Counted from the first letter of the stretch, positions 17,777 through 27,119 are shown. The stretch is DNA of 34,772 nucleotides from Methanotrichaceae archaeon (GCA_963748825.1 CAVVKN010000008.1:1-34772); one strand, 5' to 3'. A program made the numbers and translations. The notes: generated by a model not told the origin, from the sequence alone.

Positions 17777-18612
17777 GCCTGAGCTTGAGCCTGAGTTCGA
17801 ATTACAGGATTGGAGCCCTGGGGCCAGAGGGTAGTTATTCGGAAAAGGCGGCTCTTCTCTGGTCAAAAGGCCAGCCAGAGGCAGCACTCGTCTATTTCAA
17901 TGACTTTGAAGGAGTGCTGGAAGCTGTGCAGGCCGGTCGGCTTGAGGCAGGCATAGTTCCTGTGGAAAACAGCCTGGAGGGAGCAGTAACTGTAGTCATG
18001 GATCTGCTCTTGAGACTGGATGTTGTGATTGTAGGGGAGGTGAACGTTCCCATCAGACACTGCCTGGTGGGCCGGGGTGAGGAGACGGTCAAGGTCATCC
18101 TCTCCCATCCCCAGGCGCTGGCCCAGTGCCGGCAGTATTTGCGTGAGCACTATCCAGAGGCCGAGATCAGGACCACTGGCTCCACCAGCCATGCCGCTCA
18201 CCTGGCCCAGGAGTTCCCGGAGACAGCAGCCATAGCAGGAGAGGACACGGCTGAAAAATATGGGCTGCAGATCCTGGCCAGGGAGATTCAGGATGCAAGC
18301 GACAATGTAACCCGCTTTATTGTGGCTGCAAGAAAAATGGCCGTGGCCACCGGCCGGGACAAGACCTCTCTGGTCATTTATCTGGATCGTGACCGTCCTG
18401 GGGCGCTCTTTTCCATTTTAGAGGAGTTTGCCAAGCATAATATCAATTTGACCAGGATAGAGTCCCGCCCCAGTCGAAAGGGCCTTGGAGATTACTACTT
18501 TTACATCGACCTGGAAGGGCATGTAGATGACAGCATTGTAGAGCAGGCAATAAGCGCCATAAAAGAGAAGGCTGCCATGGTCCGGGTGCTGGGATCGTAT
18601 CCGAGGGCCTGA
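17773..18612 (+). CDS. pheA: Prephenate dehydratase with ACT domain
   Basis: LGPEGSYSE, PVENSLEG, SHPQALAQC, NVTRF, NLTRIESRP, YYFYID. Confidence 0.93.
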   Translation: MSLSLSLSSNYRIGALGPEGSYSEKAALLWSKGQPEAALVYFNDFEGVLEAVQAGRLEAGIVPVENSLEGAVTVVMDLLLRLDVVIVGEVNVPIRHCLVGRGEETVKVILSHPQALAQCRQYLREHYPEAEIRTTGSTSHAAHLAQEFPETAAIAGEDTAEKYGLQILAREIQDASDNVTRFIVAARKMAVATGRDKTSLVIYLDRDRPGALFSILEEFAKHNINLTRIESRPSRKGLGDYYFYIDLEGHVDDSIVEQAISAIKEKAAMVRVLGSYPRA

Positions 18613-18616
18613 TTTG

Positions 18617-19420
18617 ATGCCAATGCGAGAGTTGCCCGGAATAGTCCTTGCCCCCTATGGCACTCTTTTTCCTTCTGCCCTGGCTACCTATGACCAAATC
18701 CAAAAGGCCTACGAGCGCGAATTTCCCGGCTCACCTGTCCGGCTGGCCTTCACCTCGCATCTCATGAAGGCAAGACTGTTGGAGAAAGAGGCCATCAGCG
18801 TGCAAAGCCTCCTGGCGGCGCTGGCGGAGCTGCACGACCTGGGATGTGAGAGTGTGGTCGTCCAGTCCCTGCAGATCGTGCCAGGAGGAGAGTTTCACCA
18901 GGTGGCGGCGCTGGTGCAGGGATTGAAGGGCGCAAAGCTGGCCTTCTCGCACCTGGAGATCGGTTTGCCTCTGCTCTCAGACCTGTCAGACTGCCAAAAG
19001 GTCTCATCCTTGCTGCGCGGATTTTCTTGCCGGGACCCGGAAAAAGAGGCAGTGCTGCTGGTGGGCCACGGGACGGGCCACCCTGCCGATGCTCTCTATT
19101 CGCTGATGGCCAGGGTATTGGAAATAGAGCACAAGAATGTCTTCCTGGGCACCATCGAGGGCTTTTCCGGCCTTGCCAAGCTACTGCCCGAGCTGAAAGG
19201 CTCTGGGGCGAGAGTTGTGCGGATCATGCCCTTTTTGCTTGTGGCGGGAGGACATGCAAGAAACGATATCGCCGGCCAGAGCCCTGCGTCCTGGAAGAGC
19301 ACTCTGGAGAGAGAGGGCTATGAAGTTGTGGCCGATCTGCGCGGCCTGGGTGAGAGAGCGGAGATCGTTTCTCTATTCCTGGAGCACACCAGAAATGCCC
19401 TGGAAAAGATGAAAAAATAG
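18617..19420 (+). CDS. cbiK: Sirohydrochlorin cobaltochelatase CbiK
   Basis: RLAFTS, VQSLQIVPGGEF, LVGHGT, GTIEG, PFLLVAGGHARNDIAG, SWK, GLGE. Confidence 0.85.
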   Translation: MPMRELPGIVLAPYGTLFPSALATYDQIQKAYEREFPGSPVRLAFTSHLMKARLLEKEAISVQSLLAALAELHDLGCESVVVQSLQIVPGGEFHQVAALVQGLKGAKLAFSHLEIGLPLLSDLSDCQKVSSLLRGFSCRDPEKEAVLLVGHGTGHPADALYSLMARVLEIEHKNVFLGTIEGFSGLAKLLPELKGSGARVVRIMPFLLVAGGHARNDIAGQSPASWKSTLEREGYEVVADLRGLGERAEIVSLFLEHTRNALEKMKK

Positions 19421-19604
19421 ATAGCATCTAAGTAAAGAGTGCCTTTTGAACGGTTGAAGGTTGAAGCCTTTTGACCATTATGTATATATATCAGTGCAGG
19501 CATGTAGAGAAGGTTGCAATGGCATCGATCCAAGGAACATTTCTTGAGATGTTTTTGTGGCATAAGTCGATTCTTTGAGTCGATAAAACGGTAAGTGAGT
19601 TAAA

Positions 19605-19808
19605 ATGGAAAGATATGGAAGCGGCAGCAGAGGCGGCTTTAGCAGCGGCCCCAGAGAGATGCACGATGCCACCTGCGCAGAGTGCGGAAAGACATGTCAA
19701 GTTCCCTTCAAGCCCGATGGATCTAGGCCCGTGTATTGCAGCGATTGCTACCAGAAGCACAAGCCTGCAAGACCCGCCGGTGCATCAAGGCCACCCAGAA
19801 GATACTAA
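19605..19808 (+). CDS. CxxC-x17-CxxC zinc-finger protein
   Basis: PREMHDATCAECGKTCQVPFKPDGSRPVYCSDCY. Confidence 0.9.
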   Translation: MERYGSGSRGGFSSGPREMHDATCAECGKTCQVPFKPDGSRPVYCSDCYQKHKPARPAGASRPPRRY

Positions 19809-19854
19809 ATAGTTTGATTATTATCTAATCGATCTGTCCTAGCAAGACGCGATT

Positions 19855-19913
19855 ATCCGCAACTTGCGGATCAGATAAAAGCAGGGCCAAGGAAAAGGTT
19901 CCTGCGTTTTTTT
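19855..19913 (+). terminator. Two hairpins followed by T7
   Basis: ATCCGCA-ACT-TGCGGAT (19855-19871); GCAGG...CCTGC (19881-19905) then TTTTTTT. Confidence 0.5.
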
Positions 19914-20018
19914 GATTCCCAAAAACCTTGTGTGGCTGATAAATTACTCCTCTTGGCTCCTGGCTTTTTCGCCAAAAATGCTTATGACGTGATAATAATT
20001 TAATATTAGAAAGAAATA

Positions 20019-20201
20019 GTGATGAAAATGCAACTTATAGAAAAATTTGTAAATGTTGAGGTCATGGATGATATTCTCAAAGAAGCAGCAGACGGATACG
20101 GTGACCTGATAGCTGCAGCCTTAGTTCATGATGTGAGTGTGAAGTCTCTGCAGACCAGAGTTGTTGAACTACGCAATTTGAGGGCGGCATGGATTTCTTA
20201 A
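20019..20201 (+). CDS. Small hypothetical helical protein (~60 aa)
   Basis: ORF after an AT-rich promoter-like stretch; overlaps the next gene by 13 nt. Confidence 0.5.
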   Translation: MMKMQLIEKFVNVEVMDDILKEAADGYGDLIAAALVHDVSVKSLQTRVVELRNLRAAWIS

Positions 20202-20698
20202 ATGAAAAGAAGGTGCACTATTCGTCAGGTTCGTGCGCCAATTGTGGAAGCTCCGATTTGGCCTCAAAGGCAGGGCCTCGCACTGACGAGATGAAGCTGT
20301 GCACTTCCTGTCTGGAAGAGCGGCACATCTCCTTAGATGATCTGAGGACCAATGTGAGAAAGCAATTCGAATTGAGCAGATCTCCCAATCTTCGCAGTTG
20401 CTTTTTGAGGCTGCTTCTCTCCAGAGATGTAGACCTTGCGCCTGCTGGCTGGAAAACCGGAATGGCACTGGGATTTGAACTGAAGGACGCAGGCTTTGCC
20501 CTTCATGAATCAAGGCAAATCCTGCTCCAGGCAAAAGCGAACTCAAATGTGGTAGACAGCCTGCTGGATAATATCTACCGAAGAAAGGGTCAGGGATCTT
20601 TGGCCTGCGAGCAGATTCGGGGGCTGAATGTGATCTGCGACCAATGCCCCGGTCAATATAAGATAGCGCGGCGTGAGCATAAGACTGAGATATGCTGA
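20189..20698 (+). CDS. Hypothetical: N-terminal Zn ribbon + C-terminal domain with primase-large-subunit-CTD-like Cys pattern
   Basis: CANC-x18-CTSC; LRSCF...ALGFELKDAG...NIY...LACEQIRGLNVICDQCP; GAGGG upstream. Confidence 0.65.
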   Translation: MDFLNEKKVHYSSGSCANCGSSDLASKAGPRTDEMKLCTSCLEERHISLDDLRTNVRKQFELSRSPNLRSCFLRLLLSRDVDLAPAGWKTGMALGFELKDAGFALHESRQILLQAKANSNVVDSLLDNIYRRKGQGSLACEQIRGLNVICDQCPGQYKIARREHKTEIC

Positions 20699-20721
20699 TA
20701 CAGTAGAGTATATTTACCAGT

Positions 20722-21117
20722 ATGAATGTTCTGGTGGATCAGATGGCTGAAAAAAAGAACTACTGGGAGATGCAAAAGTCGTTCTGGAAAACACCGACCG
20801 GAATTGCGATCTGGATGCTGCTCCTGGTGGCAATCCTTGGCGGGGGCCTGATTGCGCTAAACGTCATCGGCTCCCCCTATCCGGTAATTGAGTACTTTCG
20901 TGCTGATCCCGTGGTCGTAAGCCCTGGTGGTGCCTCCAACTTGAGCTGGAGCGTCATTGGAGCTGGCCGAGTAGAGATTGACCAGGGAGTTGGCGAGGTA
21001 GAGCTCAAGGATTTTATTCAGGTGAAGCCGTTCGAGACCACCACTTACATGCTGACGGCTATTAACGGCTCAATAAATAGATCCATGACTCTTAAAATAA
21101 TGGTACAACAGCTCTGA
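20722..21117 (+). CDS. Membrane-anchored protein with small Ig-like beta domain
   Basis: TM GIAIWMLLLVAILGGGLIALNVI; PVIEYFRADP...LSWSV...TTTYMLTA; true start may be ATG 20743. Confidence 0.75.
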   Translation: MNVLVDQMAEKKNYWEMQKSFWKTPTGIAIWMLLLVAILGGGLIALNVIGSPYPVIEYFRADPVVVSPGGASNLSWSVIGAGRVEIDQGVGEVELKDFIQVKPFETTTYMLTAINGSINRSMTLKIMVQQL

Positions 21118-21202
21118 ACCGCTGTCTGCCTTTGACAGGTATGTCTCGGTTTTAAGGATAAAAATAAATAGCATTCACAAAAAGATCAAAGGGGGTCAGA
21201 GC

Positions 21203-21880
21203 ATGATTTCCATCTCGATTTGCAGAGCAGGGACCATAGCTAAATTATTGCATATATTATTATTACTATTTCTTTGTACATCAGGTTCGCTTATTATCTT
21301 TTCCACTATTGTCCTGGCTGTTCAGGATGAGGCTTACGGAATAGTCACAAACGTAGTGGATGGTGACACTTTCGACGTTACCATAGAGAAGGCCGGTGCA
21401 AAAGTAGCCTACAGTGTAGAGAGAGTCCGCCTGGCGGATGTCGACTCTCCCGAGATCGAATCAGACAGGGGGCCGGCTGCAAAGGATTTCACCTTCGCCG
21501 TGCTCATGAACAGAAGGGTCTACCTGGACATAGACGATCTTTCAGCAAATGGCAGGGATAGCTACGGCAGGCTCATCTGCGTGGCCTACCTCACCGGAGT
21601 CTACGGCCAGCCTCTGGCTGCCCCTAATTTCAACCGCCTCTTGGTGGACAGCGGGCATGCCCGATTAGAGAACTTCACCAACAACGAATTCGATCCCCAG
21701 GATTGGCGGTCCGGACAAGGCTCGCTGGCAGAAAGCGAGCCGTTGCAGGGTCTGGGGCAGGACTTAAAGCAAAATCTGCAGGAGGATCTGCTCCCCAAGC
21801 TGCAGGAGTCGGCAGGAAAGGAGCTGGACAAGGCGGCAAAAGAGGGCTGGGATTGGCTGAAGGGACAGATAGGGATTTGA
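21203..21880 (+). CDS. Membrane-anchored/secreted thermonuclease (SNase family)
   Basis: Hydrophobic N-terminus; VVDGDTF, RVRLADVDSPE, DSYGRLI, NRLLVDSGHA. Confidence 0.88.
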   Translation: MISISICRAGTIAKLLHILLLLFLCTSGSLIIFSTIVLAVQDEAYGIVTNVVDGDTFDVTIEKAGAKVAYSVERVRLADVDSPEIESDRGPAAKDFTFAVLMNRRVYLDIDDLSANGRDSYGRLICVAYLTGVYGQPLAAPNFNRLLVDSGHARLENFTNNEFDPQDWRSGQGSLAESEPLQGLGQDLKQNLQEDLLPKLQESAGKELDKAAKEGWDWLKGQIGI

Positions 21881-22081
21881 GTTTTTTCGGCAGATCCACT
21901 GGCTCAGCCTCCTCCAGCATATCCTAACCATTCGAATTGTATTCTCAGCCGGGCTCAAATGACAGTCTTTGTGCCGCTGGTGTTGGCCGTGGTATTCTAC
22001 CTCAAGCTCCTGGACGGGCAGGGTTGAAGGCTTTCCTCTATCATACAATTTTTAAGAAAAATATGATGGAATTATTCAATC

Positions 22082-22915
22082 TCAGATCGGTATGAAACCG
22101 TTCTCTTCAGCTATCTTCTGACCTTCGGGGCTCAGGATATAATCTATGAAGGCCTTGGCACCGGGCGAGGGCTCTCCTAAAGTGATAAAGTAGAGCTTTC
22201 TGGCCAGCGGATAGGCGCCACTCTTTATGCTCTCAATCGAGGGCTGGATGCCGTCCAGAGCAATCACCTTAGTATCTCCCGTCATGACAAAGCTGTATCC
22301 CATGTAGCCGATGGCGTTGTCGCTGCGCTGTGTACTATACTTTACCTCAGAGCTCTCTCCAGCATCATAGGATACGCCTGGAGTCTCCATCTCTCGGCTT
22401 CCCATTATGATCTCATTGAAGGTGTCTCTTGTTCCTGAGCCTGGCCTTCTGCCAATGACGAATATTTCCGTGTTCGGCCCGCCCAGTTCTTCCCAGTTGG
22501 TTATGTCTCCGGCATAAATCTGTCTGACCTCATCTCTGGTGAGTGTTGTCACACCGGAATCATACACATCTTCACTTACCACCAGGCAGATGGCATCAAA
22601 CCCCACCGGATGCTCGATAAAACGCACCTTAGGCGTCTCAGATCTCTGCCGCTCTTCCAGTTTGATCTCTCGGGAGCTCATGGCAATATCCGATCTGCCC
22701 TCGGCTACGTCCACGATGCCTACGCCGCTACCTCCAGATTTTACGTTCACTGTATAGTTGTCCTGCAGAATATTGAACTCTTCAGCAGCGAGCTCTGCCA
22801 TAGGCATGACCGTGCTGGACCCTGAGACTACAACCGTCACCTCTCTGCCTTCACCGGATGCTTGCGCCAGGAAGAAAATTAGCAGCAATACCAATAGCTT
22901 GCTTTCAGCTCTCAT
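22082..22915 (-). CDS. pstS: Phosphate ABC transporter substrate-binding protein (PstS family), copy 1
   Basis: SGSSTVMP, GGSGVGI, DIAMSSR, GSGTRDTF, YPLARKLY; ATG 22915 preferred (alternative 22933). Confidence 0.88.
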   Translation of the reverse strand: MRAESKLLVLLLIFFLAQASGEGREVTVVVSGSSTVMPMAELAAEEFNILQDNYTVNVKSGGSGVGIVDVAEGRSDIAMSSREIKLEERQRSETPKVRFIEHPVGFDAICLVVSEDVYDSGVTTLTRDEVRQIYAGDITNWEELGGPNTEIFVIGRRPGSGTRDTFNEIIMGSREMETPGVSYDAGESSEVKYSTQRSDNAIGYMGYSFVMTGDTKVIALDGIQPSIESIKSGAYPLARKLYFITLGEPSPGAKAFIDYILSPEGQKIAEENGFIPI

Positions 22916-22938
22916 CAGGGCATTATTCGCCATACTAT

Positions 22939-22946
22939 TATGTAAG
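22939..22946 (-). promoter_or_regulatory. TATA-like CTTACATA of pstS copy 1
   Basis: 24 nt from ATG 22915; same geometry as 23949-23956. Confidence 0.4.
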
Positions 22947-23100
22947 CCTAATGTCAGCCGGCCCGATGGTTGTCCATGTATGCCTTCATTGAGCGGCTGA
23001 GAAAAGGATAAGAAATTTTGTGGCAGGAAAAACCGAAATTAAAAAATAAAACAAACTCAATGAATTTGAAAACAAAAGAAAAAAGAAACGGCAACTAAGA

Positions 23101-23925
23101 TCAGATTGAGATAAATCCTTCTTCCGCTGCGATCTTCTGGCCCTCTGGCCCCCGCACAAAATCTATGAATGCCTGAGCACCGGCAGAGGGCTTTCCGAAG
23201 GTGTAGAAGTAGAGACGCCTTTGCAGCTCATAGAGATCCAACTTTATGTTTTCATAGGTGGGCATGACTCCATCAAAGGCTATGCCTGCAACGCCACCCC
23301 CCAAATAATTAAAACCCAGGTAGCCTATTGCCTTGTTGCTTCCCGATATCGCAGTCTTGACCTCGGCTCCGCCCATGGCCACGGTATTAACACCTGGCGT
23401 CTCGGCATCTTTGCTGCCCAAGACTACCTCATTGAAGTTATCGCGGGTTCCGGAACCCACTTCTCGGGATATCACGTAAATGTCAGCATCCGGACCGCCA
23501 ACCTCCTTCCAGTTAGTAATATTTCCTGAATAGATATCTCTGACCTGCCGCAGGCTTAAGCCTTTCACTCCTGCGAGAAAGATCTCATCGCTCACCGCAA
23601 GGCTGATGCCGTCCTGACCAACCAAAAACTCCTCAAAAAAGTCGCCAAATCTTTGCCTTTCGCCCTCGGTTACCTTGCGCGACGCCATGGCTATGTCATA
23701 CTTACGCTCAGCAATGCCGAGAATTCCTGCCCCGGTCCCTCCGGCGGAAACCGTCACCACATAATCCTTCTGCTGGACATTGAATTCTTCTGCCGCAGCC
23801 TCGGCCAGAGGCATCACGGTCGATGATCCTGAGATGGTAATATCTCTAGCCGATGCCGACCAGGTGGTGACAGACGCCAGGAGAGCAATTATCAAGATGA
23901 CTATTATTTTTCTAATGATCCCCAC
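23101..23925 (-). CDS. pstS: Phosphate ABC transporter substrate-binding protein (PstS family), copy 2
   Basis: SGSSTVMP, GGTGAGI, DIAMASR, GSGTRDNF; GTG 23925 preferred (alternative ATG 23940). Confidence 0.88.
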   Translation of the reverse strand: MGIIRKIIVILIIALLASVTTWSASARDITISGSSTVMPLAEAAAEEFNVQQKDYVVTVSAGGTGAGILGIAERKYDIAMASRKVTEGERQRFGDFFEEFLVGQDGISLAVSDEIFLAGVKGLSLRQVRDIYSGNITNWKEVGGPDADIYVISREVGSGTRDNFNEVVLGSKDAETPGVNTVAMGGAEVKTAISGSNKAIGYLGFNYLGGGVAGIAFDGVMPTYENIKLDLYELQRRLYFYTFGKPSAGAQAFIDFVRGPEGQKIAAEEGFISI

Positions 23926-23948
23926 CGCACGGAAGTGCATCGTCAAAA

Positions 23949-23956
23949 TATGTAAA
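23949..23956 (-). promoter_or_regulatory. TATA-like TTTACATA of pstS copy 2
   Basis: 24 nt from GTG 23925. Confidence 0.4.
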
Positions 23957-24106
23957 GCTTATCGTCTTGGTTTGGTACCTTATTAATAAAATTATGGTTA
24001 ATAAAAAAAAAGATAGAAAACGATGGGAAAAAATGCAAACGGTGAGAAAAAATGAAAATATTAAAAAGATGCTGCTTGCTAATCTAATCAAGATCAGTCG
24101 TACAGA

Positions 24107-25126
24107 TTATACTCTTTCGTACAGGGAAGTTCTCTGCACTGCCCTCTTTCCCCGCCCTTCTATCAGCTCTATCAGCTCCGCCGCGGATATACTGGGTTTC
24201 TCCCGGGCATTGCGGGCGATTCCCTCATCCATGAGCGTTCCCCCCAGGTCGTTTGCTCCCCAATCCAAAGCCGCAGCGGCGGCCTGGCGGCCCAATTTGG
24301 TCCAGCTCGCCTGAATGTTGGTGATGTTGGGATAAAGAGCAACCCTGGCCAGAGCATGCATCTTCAGACGATCTAAGAGATCGGCACCTTTGGCAATCTT
24401 GCCCAGAATATTATTATCAGGAATGAAGGGAAGCAGGACCATCTCTGTAAACCCTCCAGTCTCGCACGAAATCTCTTTTAGGATCTGCAGGTGCCGCAGG
24501 CGATCTTCTAAGCTCTCCACATGGCCAAAGAGCATGGTCGATGTAGTGGGAATTCCCAGCAAGTGGGCAGCCGTGATTATCCGCCGCCACTCTTCCGCCT
24601 TCAGCTTATCCGGGCAGATCTTCTGTCGCACAGAGTCGACAAGAATCTCAGCCGCCGTGCCGGGCATGGAGCCAAGGCCGCTTCTTTTTAACTCCCGCAG
24701 GGCCTCGTTCACCTCGACCCGGGAATTTCGGGACATGTGCAGCACCTCCATGGGCGAATAGGCATGCAGATGCATCCTGGGAAAGTCGCGATGTATGACC
24801 TCTAAGATCTGGCAGTAATCCTCCAGCATCATTTCTGGGGCAAGCCCCCCTTGCAAACAGATCTCCGTGGCCCCTAGCCGCTCTGCCTCGCCGGTGCGCT
24901 CTAAGATCTGTTCAGGCGTGAGGAAGTAGATAATACCATGCTTGAAAGAGCAAAACCGGCAGGTTCCTGTGCATTCATTGGTAAAGTTGATATTTCTGTT
25001 TATGACAAAAGAAACGTCATCCTGGCAGCTCATTTCCCGCAGCGCATTCGATAAGCGAAAGAGGCGCAGGGGCTGTTGCCACAGCCTTTTCAGCTCATCT
25101 TGATCTGAGATCATTAGGATTCTCAC
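24107..25126 (-). CDS. cofH: FO synthase subunit CofH (radical SAM)
   Basis: NRNINFTNECTGTCRFCSF, SMPGTAAEIL, TTSTMLFGHVE, IQASWTKLG, GANDLGGTLMDE; start uncertain (GTG 25126 or ATG 25114). Confidence 0.82.
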   Translation of the reverse strand: MRILMISDQDELKRLWQQPLRLFRLSNALREMSCQDDVSFVINRNINFTNECTGTCRFCSFKHGIIYFLTPEQILERTGEAERLGATEICLQGGLAPEMMLEDYCQILEVIHRDFPRMHLHAYSPMEVLHMSRNSRVEVNEALRELKRSGLGSMPGTAAEILVDSVRQKICPDKLKAEEWRRIITAAHLLGIPTTSTMLFGHVESLEDRLRHLQILKEISCETGGFTEMVLLPFIPDNNILGKIAKGADLLDRLKMHALARVALYPNITNIQASWTKLGRQAAAAALDWGANDLGGTLMDEGIARNAREKPSISAAELIELIEGRGKRAVQRTSLYERV

Positions 25127-25155
25127 TCTCCTCAAGCCCCACATTCGGGCCGCTC

Positions 25156-25641
25156 CTATACCGGGCAGGCCTCGCTCTTGGCTGTGCTTGCCATTCTTCG
25201 TTCTTTGGGAATCTGCGAAACAAGCTTGCCATGTGAGTACAGACCGCACCCAAGCACATCCCCTCTATAAAATACCACCACATAGCCGATCTCACAGTCC
25301 GATTCGAAGACCTGGCTGCCCCCTTCCAGGAAGATCATGGCCTCTTCCCGATTCAGATGAATAAGGTTTTTGGCGGCATATCGGCCGAAGATCTGCAGAG
25401 CAGAGGTGGTGGGCTTCCACGGGCGGTCTTTGCAGCTCATGATGCGCATTCCAATGGTCTCGTAGCTGAGCCGGGGAAGATCGACATCGCTAATGGCCCA
25501 GATGCTCTGGGCTTTCCGGAAAAATTTGCAGCCTGCAAATGCCGGCTCCGGAATGCCGAACCGCTCTTGCCACAGCTTCGCTATGAGAGACGTGTCCAGC
25601 GGCTCAAATATATTCCTAATTCTTGATGATCTTGGCGACAT
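25156..25641 (-). CDS. NIP7/PUA-like protein resembling the RsmF C-terminal domains
   Basis: WQERFGI, KPTTSALQIFG, FLEGG, GYVVVFY...LGCG...LVSQIPK; GGGAGG RBS before ATG 25641. Confidence 0.75.
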   Translation of the reverse strand: MSPRSSRIRNIFEPLDTSLIAKLWQERFGIPEPAFAGCKFFRKAQSIWAISDVDLPRLSYETIGMRIMSCKDRPWKPTTSALQIFGRYAAKNLIHLNREEAMIFLEGGSQVFESDCEIGYVVVFYRGDVLGCGLYSHGKLVSQIPKERRMASTAKSEACPV

Positions 25642-26512
25642 AAAAACCTCCCGTGTCGTTGATATGAGGGTAGTAGCGGGCGGTGCACGACAATTCATCG
25701 TTCAGTCTTTTGCCGTTCCACTGCGTTATTCCCGGACATTCCTGAAGGCCGGGAATGCAGACCTTCTCCAGCCGGAACTCCTCCGCCTCCCCCAGTGCCT
25801 CCTGCACCACCAGCTCGTTTTCCTCCGGGGCATAGGTGCAGGTGGAGTAGACCACGACGCCACCAGGCTTTGTCAGGCGCAGGGCGTTTTTGAGAAGACC
25901 GATCTGCAGGACCTGCAAATCCAGGGATCTTTCGGGGCTACATCTTGATAGGACCCCCGGCCCTCTTCTCTCCCGGCCCTCGCTGGAGCAGGGAGCGTCC
26001 ACCAGGACCCTGTCAAAGGGGCCGCGGGGAAAATTGCGACCGTCATAGCGGGTGACGGCCACATTTAGCACACCCAGACGTTCGCAGTTCGAGCGCAGAG
26101 GGGCGACTCTGGCCAAGGAGGGCTCATTGGCGATTACCAGGCCCCGATTTTCCATCATCTGCGAGATCTGAGTGGTCTTGCTGCCGGGAGAGGCACACAG
26201 GTCCAGGACGCTCTCGCCGGGCTGTGGATCAAGCGCCATGGGCGGAACCATGGACAGCTCCTCCTGGATGTGAATGTAGCCCAGGAGGTTTTCCAGCAGC
26301 TTGCCGGGGCTCTCTATGTCCAGCTTCAGGCCCAGAGGATACCAGGCGAAGCTCTGAAAGAGCACACCCTCTTCCTCAAACCTTTCCATGAGCTTTTCCC
26401 TCTTTATCTTAAGAGTATTGATGCGTGCGGAGTTGTAAAGAGGCAGGCATTGAATGGCCTGGAAAGCAACATAATCCGGCACGATTTCCCTGTATCTATC
26501 CAGGTAGTCCAT
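25616..26512 (-). CDS. NOL1/NOP2/Sun (RsmB/RsmF) family RNA m5C methyltransferase
   Basis: VLDLCASPGSKTTQ, FDRVLVDAPCS, VYSTCTYAPEENE, GGFYVAKI. Confidence 0.92.
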   Translation of the reverse strand: MDYLDRYREIVPDYVAFQAIQCLPLYNSARINTLKIKREKLMERFEEEGVLFQSFAWYPLGLKLDIESPGKLLENLLGYIHIQEELSMVPPMALDPQPGESVLDLCASPGSKTTQISQMMENRGLVIANEPSLARVAPLRSNCERLGVLNVAVTRYDGRNFPRGPFDRVLVDAPCSSEGRERRGPGVLSRCSPERSLDLQVLQIGLLKNALRLTKPGGVVVYSTCTYAPEENELVVQEALGEAEEFRLEKVCIPGLQECPGITQWNGKRLNDELSCTARYYPHINDTGGFYVAKIIKN

Positions 26513-26656
26513 GTACGCAAAAAGGCATCCTAGCAGAAATAAATTGGCCTTGCATGAGCAAATGGATTATCTTGGAGCAAAAGGATTTAATAGTCGGATA
26601 ACGGGTAGCTGATCGCGAAAAGTATTTTGTGGCTTATCGCAAAGGACGGTGAAGAT

Positions 26657-26884
26657 TTGTTCAGAGGCCAGGAAGGATCTTCCATGGGAGGGTCCGATCC
26701 AACTGCACCAATAGAAGTTGGAAAAGAGTACGATGTCAATATTGAGGACATTGCCCGGGAAGGCGACGGCATTGCCCGAGTAGAAGGTTTTGTGATCTTC
26801 GTGGCCGACACCAAAGTAGGCGACGCAGTCAAGATCCAGATCGATAAGGTAATGAGGCGCTTCGCCATCGGCCACAAAATTTGA
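26657..26884 (+). CDS. Single-TRAM-domain protein, copy 1
   Basis: APIEVGKEYDVNIEDIAREGDGIARVEGFVIFV; GGTGA RBS before TTG 26657. Confidence 0.9.
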   Translation: MFRGQEGSSMGGSDPTAPIEVGKEYDVNIEDIAREGDGIARVEGFVIFVADTKVGDAVKIQIDKVMRRFAIGHKI

Positions 26885-27119
26885 TTGCTTTTCTAAGGAC
26901 GTGATGTGTTTTGGCAAATTACGATGCAGATCGATCCTCCATGGGCACTCCTGCCCCGGTAGAGGTCGGAAAAGAGTACGATGTCAATATTGAGGACATT
27001 GCCCGGGAAGGCGACGGCATTGCCCGAGTAGAAGGTTTTGTAATCTTCGTGGCCGACACCAAAGTAGGCGACGCTGTCAAGATCCAGATCGATAAGGTAA
27101 TGAGGCGCTTCGCCATCGG
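26720..27119 (+). repeat. 152-bp direct repeat (26720-26871 / 26968-27119), 2 synonymous mismatches
   Basis: Direct comparison of the two TRAM genes. Confidence 0.9.

Noticed and set aside
17772-17795. (CTTGAGCCTGAG)x2 at the pheA start encoding SLSLSLS
   Set aside because: In-frame 12-bp duplication in a variable N-terminus; no evident function
19556-19564. TGTGGCATA, similar to the TGTRCYATA half-site
   Set aside because: Single mismatched half-site with no partner at 19-nt spacing
21959-22027. 22-aa hydrophobic ORF MTVFVPLVLAVVFYLKLLDGQG
   Set aside because: No RBS or promoter evidence; may be chance or a gene remnant
23990-24070. A-rich low-complexity tracts (also 13760-13806, 23030-23090)
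   Set aside because: Best explained as oligo-T terminators on the minus strand
25616-25641. Overlap between the methyltransferase and PUA-like ORFs as a possible frameshifted RsmF
   Set aside because: The downstream gene has its own GGGAGG RBS and ATG, and the methyltransferase ends at its normal C-terminal motif
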